The notes under the pieces: generated by a model | What the model was told of the DNA's origin: nothing | Databases searched by the model: none | The model's input: only the letters and a program-made list of their open reading frames with translations | Made by a program: the position numbers and the translations under genes | Source of the DNA: an uncultured delta proteobacterium | GTDB lineage: Bacteria; Desulfobacterota; Desulfobacteria; Desulfobacterales; JAHEIW01 | Direction: 5' to 3' | Assembly (NCBI GenBank): GCA_963706575.1 | Contig: CAVPNL010000006.1 | Coordinates: 416,001 to 480,000 of the forward strand | Length of the DNA stretch: 64,000 nucleotides | In this document: in pieces, positions 19,258-28,438 of the stretch | Layout of the letters: each line of letters opens with the position of its first letter | Numbering within the stretch: position 1 is the stretch's first letter

Positions 19258-19500
19258 ATGACCAGAACAATTCAAATTCGGAAAAAGGGATCTATAACGA
19301 TTCCTATGGAATTGCGAAAACGGTATCGCATCGACGAAGGTGATCCTTTGACCTTAATTGATCTGGGCGAAGGTTTTTTTCTTAGTCCCAGGCAATCTGT
19401 TTTGCCCAAACTTGTTGCTGAAATCGAAACTCTTAGACAAAAAAACAATATTACGCTGGAAGAGCTAATTCAGGGTGTTGCAAAAGAACGGGGTAAATAG
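19258..19500 (+). CDS. AbrB/MazE/SpoVT-family antitoxin
   Basis: IRKKGSITIPMELRKRYRIDEGDPL swapped-hairpin motif; 80 aa; upstream of a PIN gene. Confidence 0.88.
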   Translation: MTRTIQIRKKGSITIPMELRKRYRIDEGDPLTLIDLGEGFFLSPRQSVLPKLVAEIETLRQKNNITLEELIQGVAKERGK

Positions 19501-19509
19501 GAAGCATTT

Positions 19510-19968
19510 TTGTATTCGATGATCCCTTTAAAAATATTTTTTGATGCCGATGCGCTAATCGCCGGTTCGGCTTCACAGACAGGCGCTTCATTTTTATTAC
19601 TTCAATTATGTGAGATCAGAATACTACGCGGATTGACATGCCGGCAGGTGGTTTCAGAATGCCGCAGAAATCTCACTAAAAAATTGCCGCAGGCGGAACC
19701 CATATTTGACGAAATTATTAAACGCGCTCTGGAGATAAAGAAAAATCCAAACCTAGACGAGCAAAACAAATATCGTCATATGGCCCATCCCAAAGATTTG
19801 CCCATCTTAACTTCTGCAATAAAAAGCCAGGCTGATTATCTTGTCACTTTTAATACCAAACATTATTTTCCGAACAGAGATTATCATTTGGTTGTTTTGC
19901 AACCTGGCGAAATACTGCAGAACATTCGATTGATGCTGAGTCATTTAGAATCAATAAACGACTCATAA
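19510..19968 (+). CDS. PIN-domain toxin (VapC-like)
   Basis: IFFDADALIAG, E in VVSEC, HPKDLPIL and YLVTFNTKHY acidic PIN motifs. Confidence 0.88.
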   Translation: MYSMIPLKIFFDADALIAGSASQTGASFLLLQLCEIRILRGLTCRQVVSECRRNLTKKLPQAEPIFDEIIKRALEIKKNPNLDEQNKYRHMAHPKDLPILTSAIKSQADYLVTFNTKHYFPNRDYHLVVLQPGEILQNIRLMLSHLESINDS

Positions 19969-20098
19969 ATTGAGGCGATCATAGTACGGGACTCCATTTC
20001 GAAATACTTCAACGCTCTAATCCGGCCTTCGCAACTGATGAAACTTCGAAGGAGTAGATTGCTCCGGAAGCTCCACTGCTATTTTCTTATTTCATTTT

Positions 20099-21643
20099 TT
20101 ATAGGACTTTTACGGATGGGAACAGCTTTGTATTCGTGTGCGGTAAGAATTTGGCGGCACTGAAGCGGTTCATGAAATCCTGATTGACGTTAAGTTCTAG
20201 ATAGGTGATGCGGTTGCGGATTTGATCGATTTCATCATGATATTTTTCGGATTGAAGGGCCAGGGTAGCGCCGCCCAGCGAGCTGTTTCCCAACGGTTTG
20301 TAACGATCCAGGGGCAGGTCCGGCAGCATTCCGATGGTAATGGCTGATTCCGGGTTGATGAAAGAGCCGAAAGTGCCGGCCACGTAAAACGATTCCAGAT
20401 CCTGCGGTGCGATTCCAACTGATGCGCTGATGGTTTCCAGGATCGTATACATGGCGGCTTTGGAGCGGATAAGGCTGTCCAGATCCGCCTGGCTGATGGT
20501 CAGATCGGAGCCGGTATCCGAGTCCTCAGCCGGAACAACGACCAGATGCAACTGATCGTCTATCGTTTTAGCTCTGGGGCCGCAAACCGAAGGCACCAGT
20601 TTGCCGCGGACATCGATCATGCCGGCCTGAAACAGCCGGGCCGCCAGGTCGATGACGCCGGAACCACAGATTCCTCTTGGCGGCAAATCATCAATGGTGT
20701 GGATATTAAATTCGAGCGTATCCGTCTCAAGCGAGATCTGATCGATCACGCCCGGTCCGGCCGTCATGCCCATGCGGGTGACGCCGCCTTCCAGTGCCGG
20801 TCCGGCGGCCCCGGCGCAGGCAATCAACCAATTTTTATTGCCCAGCACCACTTCGGCATTGGTCCCCACATCGACCAGGATGCCGGTCCGGGTGTTTTGG
20901 TAAATTCCGGAATATAAGATCCCCGCAATCAAGTCTCCCCCGAAGTAGCTTCCGATATTGGGAAAGATAAACACCCGCGCCCGGGGGTGTACCTGTAGGC
21001 CCAGCGCATCGGCTTTCACGGCAGCGGGCACGTTGACTGCCGGGATATAAGGTTCCCGAATGATCCAGCGGGGGTTGAGGCCCATAAAAAGATGGGTCAT
21101 GGTGGTATTGCCGGCAAGCGCCAGGGCATAGATCCGCTCCGGCTCAAGCTGCTGCGACTCACATAACTGCGCAATGGCGCTGTTCAGGCTGGAGACAATT
21201 CGCTCATTCAGTTCCCTGAGACCGTTTTCTTTTTCGGCAAAATGAATCCGGGCCAGGATGTCGGGCCCGATTTTTTCCTGGGGGTTGTCAAAAGCCGATT
21301 CAGCCAGCGTGGCGCCTGTGGCAAGATCTAAAAGACGCAACACCACCCGGGTGGTGCCCAGGTCAACTGCCAGTCCGGCCGCTATGCGCTTATCTTCTGC
21401 GGCGGTCACCTCCAGCAAATGCCATTGCCGGAAGCTCTTCCAGAGGATACAGCGGATTCGATATCCCCATTGCCGCAAAAGTTCCGGCAGTTGGCGGATA
21501 AGGTCCAGATCGACATGAACCACATCGGCATTTAAGCGAAGTTTTAAGGCTTGCAGCAGCCGGTCGGTATCAGCCGTATTGTCTTTTAAACTGGGGGGTT
21601 CCAATGAAACGGTTTGAATCCAAGGAGTGGAATTTTCGCCCAT
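20099..21643 (-). CDS. ASKHA-domain ATPase, RACo/AcsV (DUF4445) corrinoid reductive activator family, without an N-terminal [2Fe-2S] domain
   Basis: GLAVDLGTT, NPQ..G.DILARI, GNTTMTH, DVGTNAE, AAGPALEG, GICGSG, AGTFG and GNSSL. Confidence 0.88.
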   Translation of the reverse strand: MGENSTPWIQTVSLEPPSLKDNTADTDRLLQALKLRLNADVVHVDLDLIRQLPELLRQWGYRIRCILWKSFRQWHLLEVTAAEDKRIAAGLAVDLGTTRVVLRLLDLATGATLAESAFDNPQEKIGPDILARIHFAEKENGLRELNERIVSSLNSAIAQLCESQQLEPERIYALALAGNTTMTHLFMGLNPRWIIREPYIPAVNVPAAVKADALGLQVHPRARVFIFPNIGSYFGGDLIAGILYSGIYQNTRTGILVDVGTNAEVVLGNKNWLIACAGAAGPALEGGVTRMGMTAGPGVIDQISLETDTLEFNIHTIDDLPPRGICGSGVIDLAARLFQAGMIDVRGKLVPSVCGPRAKTIDDQLHLVVVPAEDSDTGSDLTISQADLDSLIRSKAAMYTILETISASVGIAPQDLESFYVAGTFGSFINPESAITIGMLPDLPLDRYKPLGNSSLGGATLALQSEKYHDEIDQIRNRITYLELNVNQDFMNRFSAAKFLPHTNTKLFPSVKVL

Positions 21644-21644
21644 A

Positions 21645-22392
21645 TTAAATAATTTTTTGTAATTCTTCAATAATGCCGTTCATGACATCTCCGGCGGGCC
21701 CTTTGATCAGATAATCGCTGATATCGCCGGTTAGCAGTGTACTTTCCGGATTGATTTCGATGATTTTTGCGCCGGATTCTTTGGCGACCACCGGCATCAG
21801 GGCGGCCGGTTGCACCACCGCCGAAGTACCGATTACCAGCATGACATCGCAATCTGTTGCGACTTGCCGGGAGCGCCAGAGGGCTTCCTGCGGTATCATT
21901 TCTCCGAATAAAACGGCATTGGGTCGTAAGATTCCACCGCAATCGCAGCGGGGCGGGATTTCGGTAATTTTGACCTTACTGGTTTTGAAATGCGCGTCGC
22001 ACTCCATACAGCGTTGCCAGGCCATGTTGCCGTGAAATTCGATGACATCTCTATTTCCAGCCATTTGGTGGAGGCCGTCGACGTTCTGGGTAATGATGGT
22101 CTTTAAAATGCCTAATTCTTCGAGTTTTGCCAATCCTTTGTGGCTGTCGCTTGGTGTGGCTTTGTCCAATACGTCCTTCATGTCCTTGAAGAGAAGGTTC
22201 CAGACTTTTTCCGGATCCTGCAAAAAAGAGTCGATGTGAGCGACCTCCATGGGGTCATACTTTTCCCATAGCCCGCCCTTGCCCCTAAAAGGCGGAATCC
22301 CGCTTTCAGTGGAGATGCCTGCACCAGTTAAGGCTGTTGCCATTTTTGCTTCAGACTAGATCCGCCGCCGCTTTTTTAATCAAATCGTCCAT
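21645..22392 (-). CDS. cobB: NAD-dependent protein deacylase (sirtuin); +1 indel near codon 12, intact ORF from 22343
   Basis: TGAGISTESGIPPFRG, TQNVDGLH, HG, CxxC...CxC, GTSAVVQPAA and INP; upstream ATG 22392 is out of frame by one base. Confidence 0.9.
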
Positions 22393-22402
22393 AAAACTGC
22401 CT

Positions 22403-22505
22403 TTGTTTAATTTGTTTTATTGGTTGAATTGGTTTAATTGGTTGAGAGAGTCCAACATCTAGCCAAACCAATGAAACCAATCGAACAAATACAACCAATT
22501 AAACG
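22403..22505. repeat. Palindromic nonamer tandem-repeat element (ATTGGTTTA/TAAACCAAT-like arms)
   Basis: tttgttttattggttgaattggtttaattggttga ... aaaccaatgaaaccaatcgaacaaatacaaccaatt. Confidence 0.75.
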
Positions 22506-22510
22506 TTTCC

Positions 22511-23350
22511 TTACAATTCAAACCTCATATCGCTTGCCACGCCGACACATTCGATGTTGAGGCCCTGTTCGGCGATATATTGCCGACAGGTATCAACCAT
22601 ATCATCCATCTGTTCATCGGCTCGTTCCTGGTTGATATGAAATAGGCCTAATTTTTTAACACCCGCTTCCCGGGCCAATTGGAGCACATCGGTATAATCT
22701 GAATGGCCCCATTCGATAAAGGTCTTATATTCTGCCGGCGTATACTCACTGTCATGGATTAAAAGATCGGCACCCGCGGCAAATTCCACATAATCTTTAA
22801 ACTTCCGGCCGCCGGGGTGGAGATAACCGAGTTCATTGTCGGTCAGGAAAACACAGGTTTTGCCGTCTTCATCAAATTTATACCCGCTGCCTCCGTTGGG
22901 ATGACTGATGGGTATCGGCGTGACAACCACCGAGCCGATATCAAACCTCTGCGGACAGGCTTTTTCATATATCATTTGAGCCTTAACATCATCGTACCTT
23001 ACCGGGAAATTAGGCGGTGCCATGACGGTTGATAAGATTGACTCTACAAATTGGCTGTGAAACGGGCAGCCGTGCATACGAAACCTGGAGTGTTTGGAAT
23101 AGAGAGGTTTAAAGAAGGGAAATCCCATCAAATGATCCCAGTGGGCGTGGGTGAAAATAAAATTTATATTGTTTACATTTTCTTCAGCGAGCTTGTTGCC
23201 AAACCTACGGATTCCGGTACCGGCATCCACCGCAATGATATCATCGTTTTTGGTACGGATTTCCAAACTAGTGGTATCGCCGCCGTATTTCAGATACGTT
23301 TTGCCCGAAACCGGAATCGAGCCTCTGGACCCCCAGCAGGTGATTTCCAT
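22511..23350 (-). CDS. MBL-fold metallo-hydrolase
   Basis: WGSRGSIP, YGGDT, DAGTG, THAHWDH, HP, TDNE, WGHS and LFH. Confidence 0.9.
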   Translation of the reverse strand: MEITCWGSRGSIPVSGKTYLKYGGDTTSLEIRTKNDDIIAVDAGTGIRRFGNKLAEENVNNINFIFTHAHWDHLMGFPFFKPLYSKHSRFRMHGCPFHSQFVESILSTVMAPPNFPVRYDDVKAQMIYEKACPQRFDIGSVVVTPIPISHPNGGSGYKFDEDGKTCVFLTDNELGYLHPGGRKFKDYVEFAAGADLLIHDSEYTPAEYKTFIEWGHSDYTDVLQLAREAGVKKLGLFHINQERADEQMDDMVDTCRQYIAEQGLNIECVGVASDMRFEL

Positions 23351-23413
23351 TGTGAACCTTTCAATGGGAATTTCTTATTAAAATGAAAAATTCAGCTCCC
23401 ATTTTTAAAAAGC

Positions 23414-23479
23414 AACCACGAAAACACGAAATCAGAAAAGCACGAAATTTAAATAATTCTTTTTTCGTGTTTTCGTGAT
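23414..23479. repeat. Palindromic CACGAAA/TTTCGTG repeat element
   Basis: accacgaaaacacgaaa...agcacgaaa ... tttcgtgttttcgtg. Confidence 0.7.
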
Positions 23480-23498
23480 AAATGATTTTCTTAATTCC

Positions 23499-24362
23499 TT
23501 AATTGTCGAATTCACCATAAAAAGTATGCCAAATTCCCTCATGTGTCCAGCTTTTTAAGATTTTGGCCGACAGGCGTTCCAATTCGATTTTGACCTGTTT
23601 GGCTTCACTGCGTAAAAGTCCGGATAGGATAAAGCGTTTGGGGCTTGAAAAACCCTTTGCACAAATCAGTTTTTGCATGACGTTATAATGGATGTTGGCA
23701 ATCAGCAGATCGGCCGGGCAATCAATAAACGCTTCAGCATGTCCCTGCACCACCGCAATCTGTTTTTCAAGGCGGTTTAAGCCAACGTTCTTTTTGGCCG
23801 TTTTAGCCGCCAGCAAATTTAGGTCAACCGCCAGATTCAAACGGCAACCCAGACGGGCCGTGGCCAAGGCCAGTAGGCCAGTGCCGGTGCCTAAATCCAA
23901 AACCCGGTCTGGTGCGCGGTCCCGGCATGCCAGCTGGACTGCAGTCAGACAATCCCGGGTGGTCGGATGGGTGCCCGTGCCAAAGACAAGGCCCGGGTCC
24001 AGAATGATCGGCAGTTTGTCCGGCCGGCCATTGCTGCCATTTTCCCATGGGGGGATGATTTGAAAACACCCCTGATCGAAAGCCGCAAATTCGGTCCCCT
24101 GCCACTGCTCATATGGCATATGGTAACTGTCTATAAAGGTGAGTTGCGGCTGGGCGCTCAAAAGAACTTTAATTTCGTCATGAACAGGATCAGAAAAAAA
24201 AAGAAATGAAAAATCATCTTCTTCCCAGTTACCAATAAAACTGTTGTGGGGGATTTCTTTATGGGATGTCAATTTGCCGCCCAGCTGATAAATATATAGA
24301 TCATCGTACGGGCAGGATCCAGATTTGGCGGAGACCGGGTGTGAACAGTTTGAATTATTCAT
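23499..24362 (-). CDS. PrmA-like SAM-dependent lysine methyltransferase (ribosomal protein L11 methyltransferase family)
   Basis: LDPGLVFGTGTHPTT, VLDLGTGTGLLA, ANI and ILSG; the N-terminus is not canonical PrmA. Confidence 0.8.
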   Translation of the reverse strand: MNNSNCSHPVSAKSGSCPYDDLYIYQLGGKLTSHKEIPHNSFIGNWEEDDFSFLFFSDPVHDEIKVLLSAQPQLTFIDSYHMPYEQWQGTEFAAFDQGCFQIIPPWENGSNGRPDKLPIILDPGLVFGTGTHPTTRDCLTAVQLACRDRAPDRVLDLGTGTGLLALATARLGCRLNLAVDLNLLAAKTAKKNVGLNRLEKQIAVVQGHAEAFIDCPADLLIANIHYNVMQKLICAKGFSSPKRFILSGLLRSEAKQVKIELERLSAKILKSWTHEGIWHTFYGEFDN

Positions 24363-25032
24363 TTTTGGGCAACTGGTCCAAATACCATTCCATCGGGTCC
24401 AGCACGGAAAATCCCATGTTTTTTAATTTTTCCTTCACATGGGCGACATTTTGCGTCAGCAGATAAGGGAAAACGGCGCGCTTGTCTTTTTGCCAGTAGC
24501 GGGCGACCAGCACACTGCCAAAGGAAATGTTTTCTGCGGTGATGGCATCGACGATTTTTTTCAACTGTCCAACCTTTTCTTCGGCCAGAATACACAGCAA
24601 AGTGCCCGGTTCGCCAATTCCTAAAACGTTGATAAAGGCGCGCAGCAGGTCTCGCACCGAAATGATCCCACTGAGGACGCCGTTTTCATCCACAACCGGC
24701 AGGGCGCCCACCCGGGAATCCTGTATCACAAGCAAGGCATCCTGCAGGGTATAGGTCGCAGAAATGGTGATCGGGTTTTTGGTCATGATATTTTTAATTT
24801 TCAATTCCGAAAATTTTTTCTTTTCTTCTTTGCTGGGAGACTCCTTAAAGAATTTGTAAGGCAATGCACTTCTAATATCCCGATCCGTCACGATACCGAT
24901 GAGTCGGCTGTCCGGTTCGATAACCGGAAGATGGCGGATCTTGTTGGCGGCCATTAATTCCTGTGCCTCAAAAATTCCGGCTTCCGGCTCAACGGTAATC
25001 ACCTTGCGGGTCATGGATCTTGAGACAAACAT
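24355..25032 (-). CDS. CBS-pair plus ACT-like domain protein (AcuB-like)
   Basis: IRHLPV, GIVTDRDIR, MTKNPIT, VGALPVV and GIISVRDLL. Confidence 0.85.
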   Translation of the reverse strand: MFVSRSMTRKVITVEPEAGIFEAQELMAANKIRHLPVIEPDSRLIGIVTDRDIRSALPYKFFKESPSKEEKKKFSELKIKNIMTKNPITISATYTLQDALLVIQDSRVGALPVVDENGVLSGIISVRDLLRAFINVLGIGEPGTLLCILAEEKVGQLKKIVDAITAENISFGSVLVARYWQKDKRAVFPYLLTQNVAHVKEKLKNMGFSVLDPMEWYLDQLPKNE

Positions 25033-25045
25033 AGTACCCCCTAAA

Positions 25046-25115
25046 TTCGTTAATTCGTTAAATGGTTAAATCGTTGTCGGTTATTGTCTATCATCAATAC
25101 GGTTTAACGATTTGA
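25046..25115. repeat. Octamer repeat arms (TCGTTAAA/TTTAACGA)
   Basis: ttcgttaattcgttaaatggttaaatcgtt ... ggtttaacgatttgac. Confidence 0.6.
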
Positions 25116-25116
25116 C

Positions 25117-26070
25117 TTATCCTTTCAGTAAAACCTCCACATGGTTGCGCGTCAGCTCCGGCAGGCGTTTGATCGAATATCCGCCCTCAAGTACCGATAT
25201 GAGCCTTCCCTGGGCATACTGGTTGGCCATTTCAACAATTTTTTCAATTATCCAGGAAAAACCCTCTGTTGTCAGTTTTATGTCCGACATATTATCGTCA
25301 ATATGAGCGTCAAATCCGGACGAAACCAGAATCACCTCCGGCTTAAAGTCGGCAAATGCTGGAAATAAATCTTTTTGCAGCAGCAGCATATACTCTTTGT
25401 CACCCTGCCCGGGGAGCACCGGCGAATTTTTCGTAAAACCATATCCGGCATCTTTGCCCAGTTCGAATTCGCGACCGGTTCCCGGGTAAGCGAAGGTGGG
25501 GTGCTGATGAATAGAGTAGTAAAATACAGTGGGGTCATATTCAAAAATGTGCTGGGTTCCATTACCGTGATGGACATCAAAGTCCACAATGCCAATCCGC
25601 TTTATACCCCATTCCTTTTGGATATAACGGGCCGCAATGGCGACATTGTTAAAGTAACAAAATCCCATGGCCTTGTCGATTTCGGCATGGTGCCCGGGTG
25701 GTCGAACGGCGCAAAAGGCATTGTCGAGTTTGCCCTCCATTACAAGGCGGACAGCCTCTAATACACCGCCGACTGCCAGCAATGCAATTTCATAGGATGC
25801 CGTGCACATCTGGTTGTCGGGGCTGTCAAAAATATTATGGCCGATGCTGCATGCACTTTGAAAGCGTTTGATATAATCGGGGTCGTGCACGGTTTCCACC
25901 CATTTCAACTCCGCCGGGGTGGCTTCGATCAGCGTCAGTTTCTCAAGCAGACCTGCATCAGCAATTCCTTTGTAAACTGCTGGAAGCCGGTCCGGTACCT
26001 CCGGGTGGTAATTCCCGGTCAGGTGCTCCTGGTATCTTTCATCATATAGGAAGCCGGTTCTATTGCTCAT
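25117..26070 (-). CDS. Zn-dependent histone deacetylase family protein (AcuC/HDAH-like)
   Basis: HPE.P.R, RPPGHHA, GFCYFNN, DFDVHHGNGT, SSGFDAH and LEGGY. Confidence 0.93.
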   Translation of the reverse strand: MSNRTGFLYDERYQEHLTGNYHPEVPDRLPAVYKGIADAGLLEKLTLIEATPAELKWVETVHDPDYIKRFQSACSIGHNIFDSPDNQMCTASYEIALLAVGGVLEAVRLVMEGKLDNAFCAVRPPGHHAEIDKAMGFCYFNNVAIAARYIQKEWGIKRIGIVDFDVHHGNGTQHIFEYDPTVFYYSIHQHPTFAYPGTGREFELGKDAGYGFTKNSPVLPGQGDKEYMLLLQKDLFPAFADFKPEVILVSSGFDAHIDDNMSDIKLTTEGFSWIIEKIVEMANQYAQGRLISVLEGGYSIKRLPELTRNHVEVLLKG

Positions 26071-26141
26071 AGATTTGCAACTTTCCTGAATTAAAACACG
26101 CTTTGCGCCCTTGGCTCTGATCCGCTGCCCAATGCTAGATT

Positions 26142-26891
26142 TTAGGCCACAATTTTATCAAAAATTTCAAATGCGGCCTTCACCGATTTGCTGTCTTCAG
26201 GCATCTCTATGGTGGGGCGGCCGTTAAAATCGAAATCATAAATCATGTCATCGCTAGGTATGGTTCCGATCAGTTCAAGGTTGGCTTTATTAATCATTTC
26301 CATGGCCGGCTCGGGTAGCGCTTCGCGTGCCTGATTGATGACGACATAGCTCTTACCCACCACGATTTTCAAACTTCTGGCAAGCTCTTCGATTCTCACG
26401 GCCGCCTGAATGCCCCGCCGGGAGGGGTCCGATACAATCAGAAGGATGTCTACATCTTTTGTTGTCAGTCGGCTGATATGCTCCATGCCGGCTTCATTGT
26501 CCATCACAATATAGGGGTACTGGTCGGACAGCCGCTCCAGAAAATTGGTCAACAGGGTGTTTGCCGCGCAATAGCAGCCGGCACCTTCTGGCTGGCCCAT
26601 AACGACGAGGTCAAAACCTTCGGATTCAACCAGGGCCTCTTCAAGTTTCATTTCCATAAAAATATCTTTGGTCATGCCGCTGGGGACATCGCCCTTTTTC
26701 ATTTCCTCCCGGGCGTTTCCCAGGGTATCGGCAATATCAACACCCAACACCTCGTTCAGGTTGGCATTACAATCGGCATCTACCGCCAGAATCGGGGTTT
26801 TATTCTTTTTCAGCAGATATTTAATCAGCATACCGGCGGTGGTGGTTTTGCCGGTTCCCCCTTTGCCGGCCAATGCAATTGAATATGGCAT
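26142..26891 (-). CDS. cooC: CooC/AcsF-type nickel insertion ATPase (CODH/ACS accessory)
   Basis: GKGGTGKTT, DAD, GCYC nickel motif and DNEAGMEH. Confidence 0.9.
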   Translation of the reverse strand: MPYSIALAGKGGTGKTTTAGMLIKYLLKKNKTPILAVDADCNANLNEVLGVDIADTLGNAREEMKKGDVPSGMTKDIFMEMKLEEALVESEGFDLVVMGQPEGAGCYCAANTLLTNFLERLSDQYPYIVMDNEAGMEHISRLTTKDVDILLIVSDPSRRGIQAAVRIEELARSLKIVVGKSYVVINQAREALPEPAMEMINKANLELIGTIPSDDMIYDFDFNGRPTIEMPEDSKSVKAAFEIFDKIVA

Positions 26892-27140
26892 ATTTGTCAG
26901 CTCCCTTTCATTTGAATTTCGATCCCGGATTCATCCGCTTGAATAGTTTAGAATAATTAAGTCAGTTTGAGCCGTCAGTCAAGAGGGTTTTACCAGAGTC
27001 GAGCCGATCATTCATCATATCGTCATTTGGCGATAGTCCGCTTGAGTGAAGTTTAGATGCATTATAGAGATAGCTTCTACTTGAAAAGCCTGTGGACCCA
27101 TGCTAATTCGAACTAAACTTATCTTTTGGGGGGGATGAGC

Positions 27141-28295
27141 ATGGATTTTGAACTTACCAAATCGCAAAAAGAAATACAGAAAGCTGCAAGAGAGTTTGCC
27201 AAGGGTGAATTTGACAAGGAGCTCGCCCTTGAAATGGACAGAAAGCACGAATTTCCGACTAAAATATGGAAAAAAGCTTGTGGCCTTGGATTTGTGGGGG
27301 TTCACTTTCCCGAGGAATATTCCGGACAGGATCTGGGGGTATTGGAAAATATCCTTATTGCTGATGAATTTTGTGCCCGGGATTCCAGCATTGGCAGTGC
27401 GGTAATTCTTTCCGCTTTTGCTTCAGAGTGCGTGTTGCGTTTTGGAAGCGAAAAATTAAAACAAAAGTTTCTTCCCCCCGTAGCAGAAGGGCAGATGCTT
27501 TCCGGCGGGGCCTTTACCGAGCCGGGTCGCGGTCCAGATATTAGCTCTCTGGATACCACGGCCGTGCGTGACGGAAATGAATGGGTTATCAACGGCACTA
27601 AAACATTTATTACCAACGGCGGTCTGGCCGGCTTTTATTCCGTGATGTGCCAGACCGACGTTGAATGCCAGCCGGCTTGCAGAGGCATCAGCCTGATCCT
27701 GGTAGAAGCCGAACAGAAAGGGGTCACGGCCACCGATGTGGGCGATAAGATGGGCATTCATATGATGGCTACGGCTGAATTGAATTTTAAAGATGTGCGG
27801 GTGCCGGCTTCTAATCTTATTGGCGAAGAAGGCAGAGGATTTCATCAGGTTCTTGAATTTTTTGATGAGAGCCGAATTTTAATTGCTGCCCAGGCGCTGG
27901 GCACCGCCCAGGGCGCTTATAATCGCGCACTCGCTTATGTCAAAGAACGCGAACAGTTTGGCCGCAAAATCGCCCAGTTTCAGGTGACTCAGCACAAGCT
28001 GGCCGACATGGCGACTAAAATAGAGCTTGCCCGCCTCCTGACCTACAAGGCAGCCTGGAATTTTGATCAGGGCCGCATCGATCCCAAACTTACCGCCATG
28101 GCCAAGATGTACTCCGCGCGAACGGCAGTTGAAGTGGCGGATGAGGCCATTCAATTGCTGGGCGGTTACGGCTATATGACCGAGTATGAGGTCGAGCGCT
28201 TTTACCGGGATGCCAAGATTATGGAACTTTATGAAGGAAGCAGTAAGATTCAGAAAAATACGATTGCCAGTGCGATACTCGGAAATCTAAGTTAA
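27141..28295 (+). CDS. Acyl-CoA dehydrogenase
   Basis: FTEPG.G.D, NGTKTFITNG, REQFG, FQ..QHKLADM, LLGGYGY, ERFYRDAK and YEG. Confidence 0.93.
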   Translation: MDFELTKSQKEIQKAAREFAKGEFDKELALEMDRKHEFPTKIWKKACGLGFVGVHFPEEYSGQDLGVLENILIADEFCARDSSIGSAVILSAFASECVLRFGSEKLKQKFLPPVAEGQMLSGGAFTEPGRGPDISSLDTTAVRDGNEWVINGTKTFITNGGLAGFYSVMCQTDVECQPACRGISLILVEAEQKGVTATDVGDKMGIHMMATAELNFKDVRVPASNLIGEEGRGFHQVLEFFDESRILIAAQALGTAQGAYNRALAYVKEREQFGRKIAQFQVTQHKLADMATKIELARLLTYKAAWNFDQGRIDPKLTAMAKMYSARTAVEVADEAIQLLGGYGYMTEYEVERFYRDAKIMELYEGSSKIQKNTIASAILGNLS

Positions 28296-28327
28296 TTTCC
28301 GGCTGGAAATTTAATTCATATATCATT

Positions 28328-28364
28328 ATTTCCGGATGGCGAACACGCTTTCCCATCCGGAAAT
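28328..28364. terminator. Hairpin between convergent acyl-CoA dehydrogenase genes
   Basis: ATTTCCGGATGG...CCATCCGGAAAT. Confidence 0.55.
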
Positions 28365-28438
28365 GTGACTAGCTTTTATCCGTATTATAGCCATACTATC
28401 CGTGTTTGGCGGGTGCTTTGCAAAATCGCCCGGTGATT

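Noticed and set aside
14200..20100. Complete integron (intI + attI)
   Set aside because: No tyrosine recombinase ORF (R-H-R-H/W-Y motifs) in the window; only attC sites are supported
22351..22353. TGA in the cobB 5' region as selenocysteine or readthrough
   Set aside because: Reading through the TGA does not join the sirtuin frame, which is offset by one base; it is an indel
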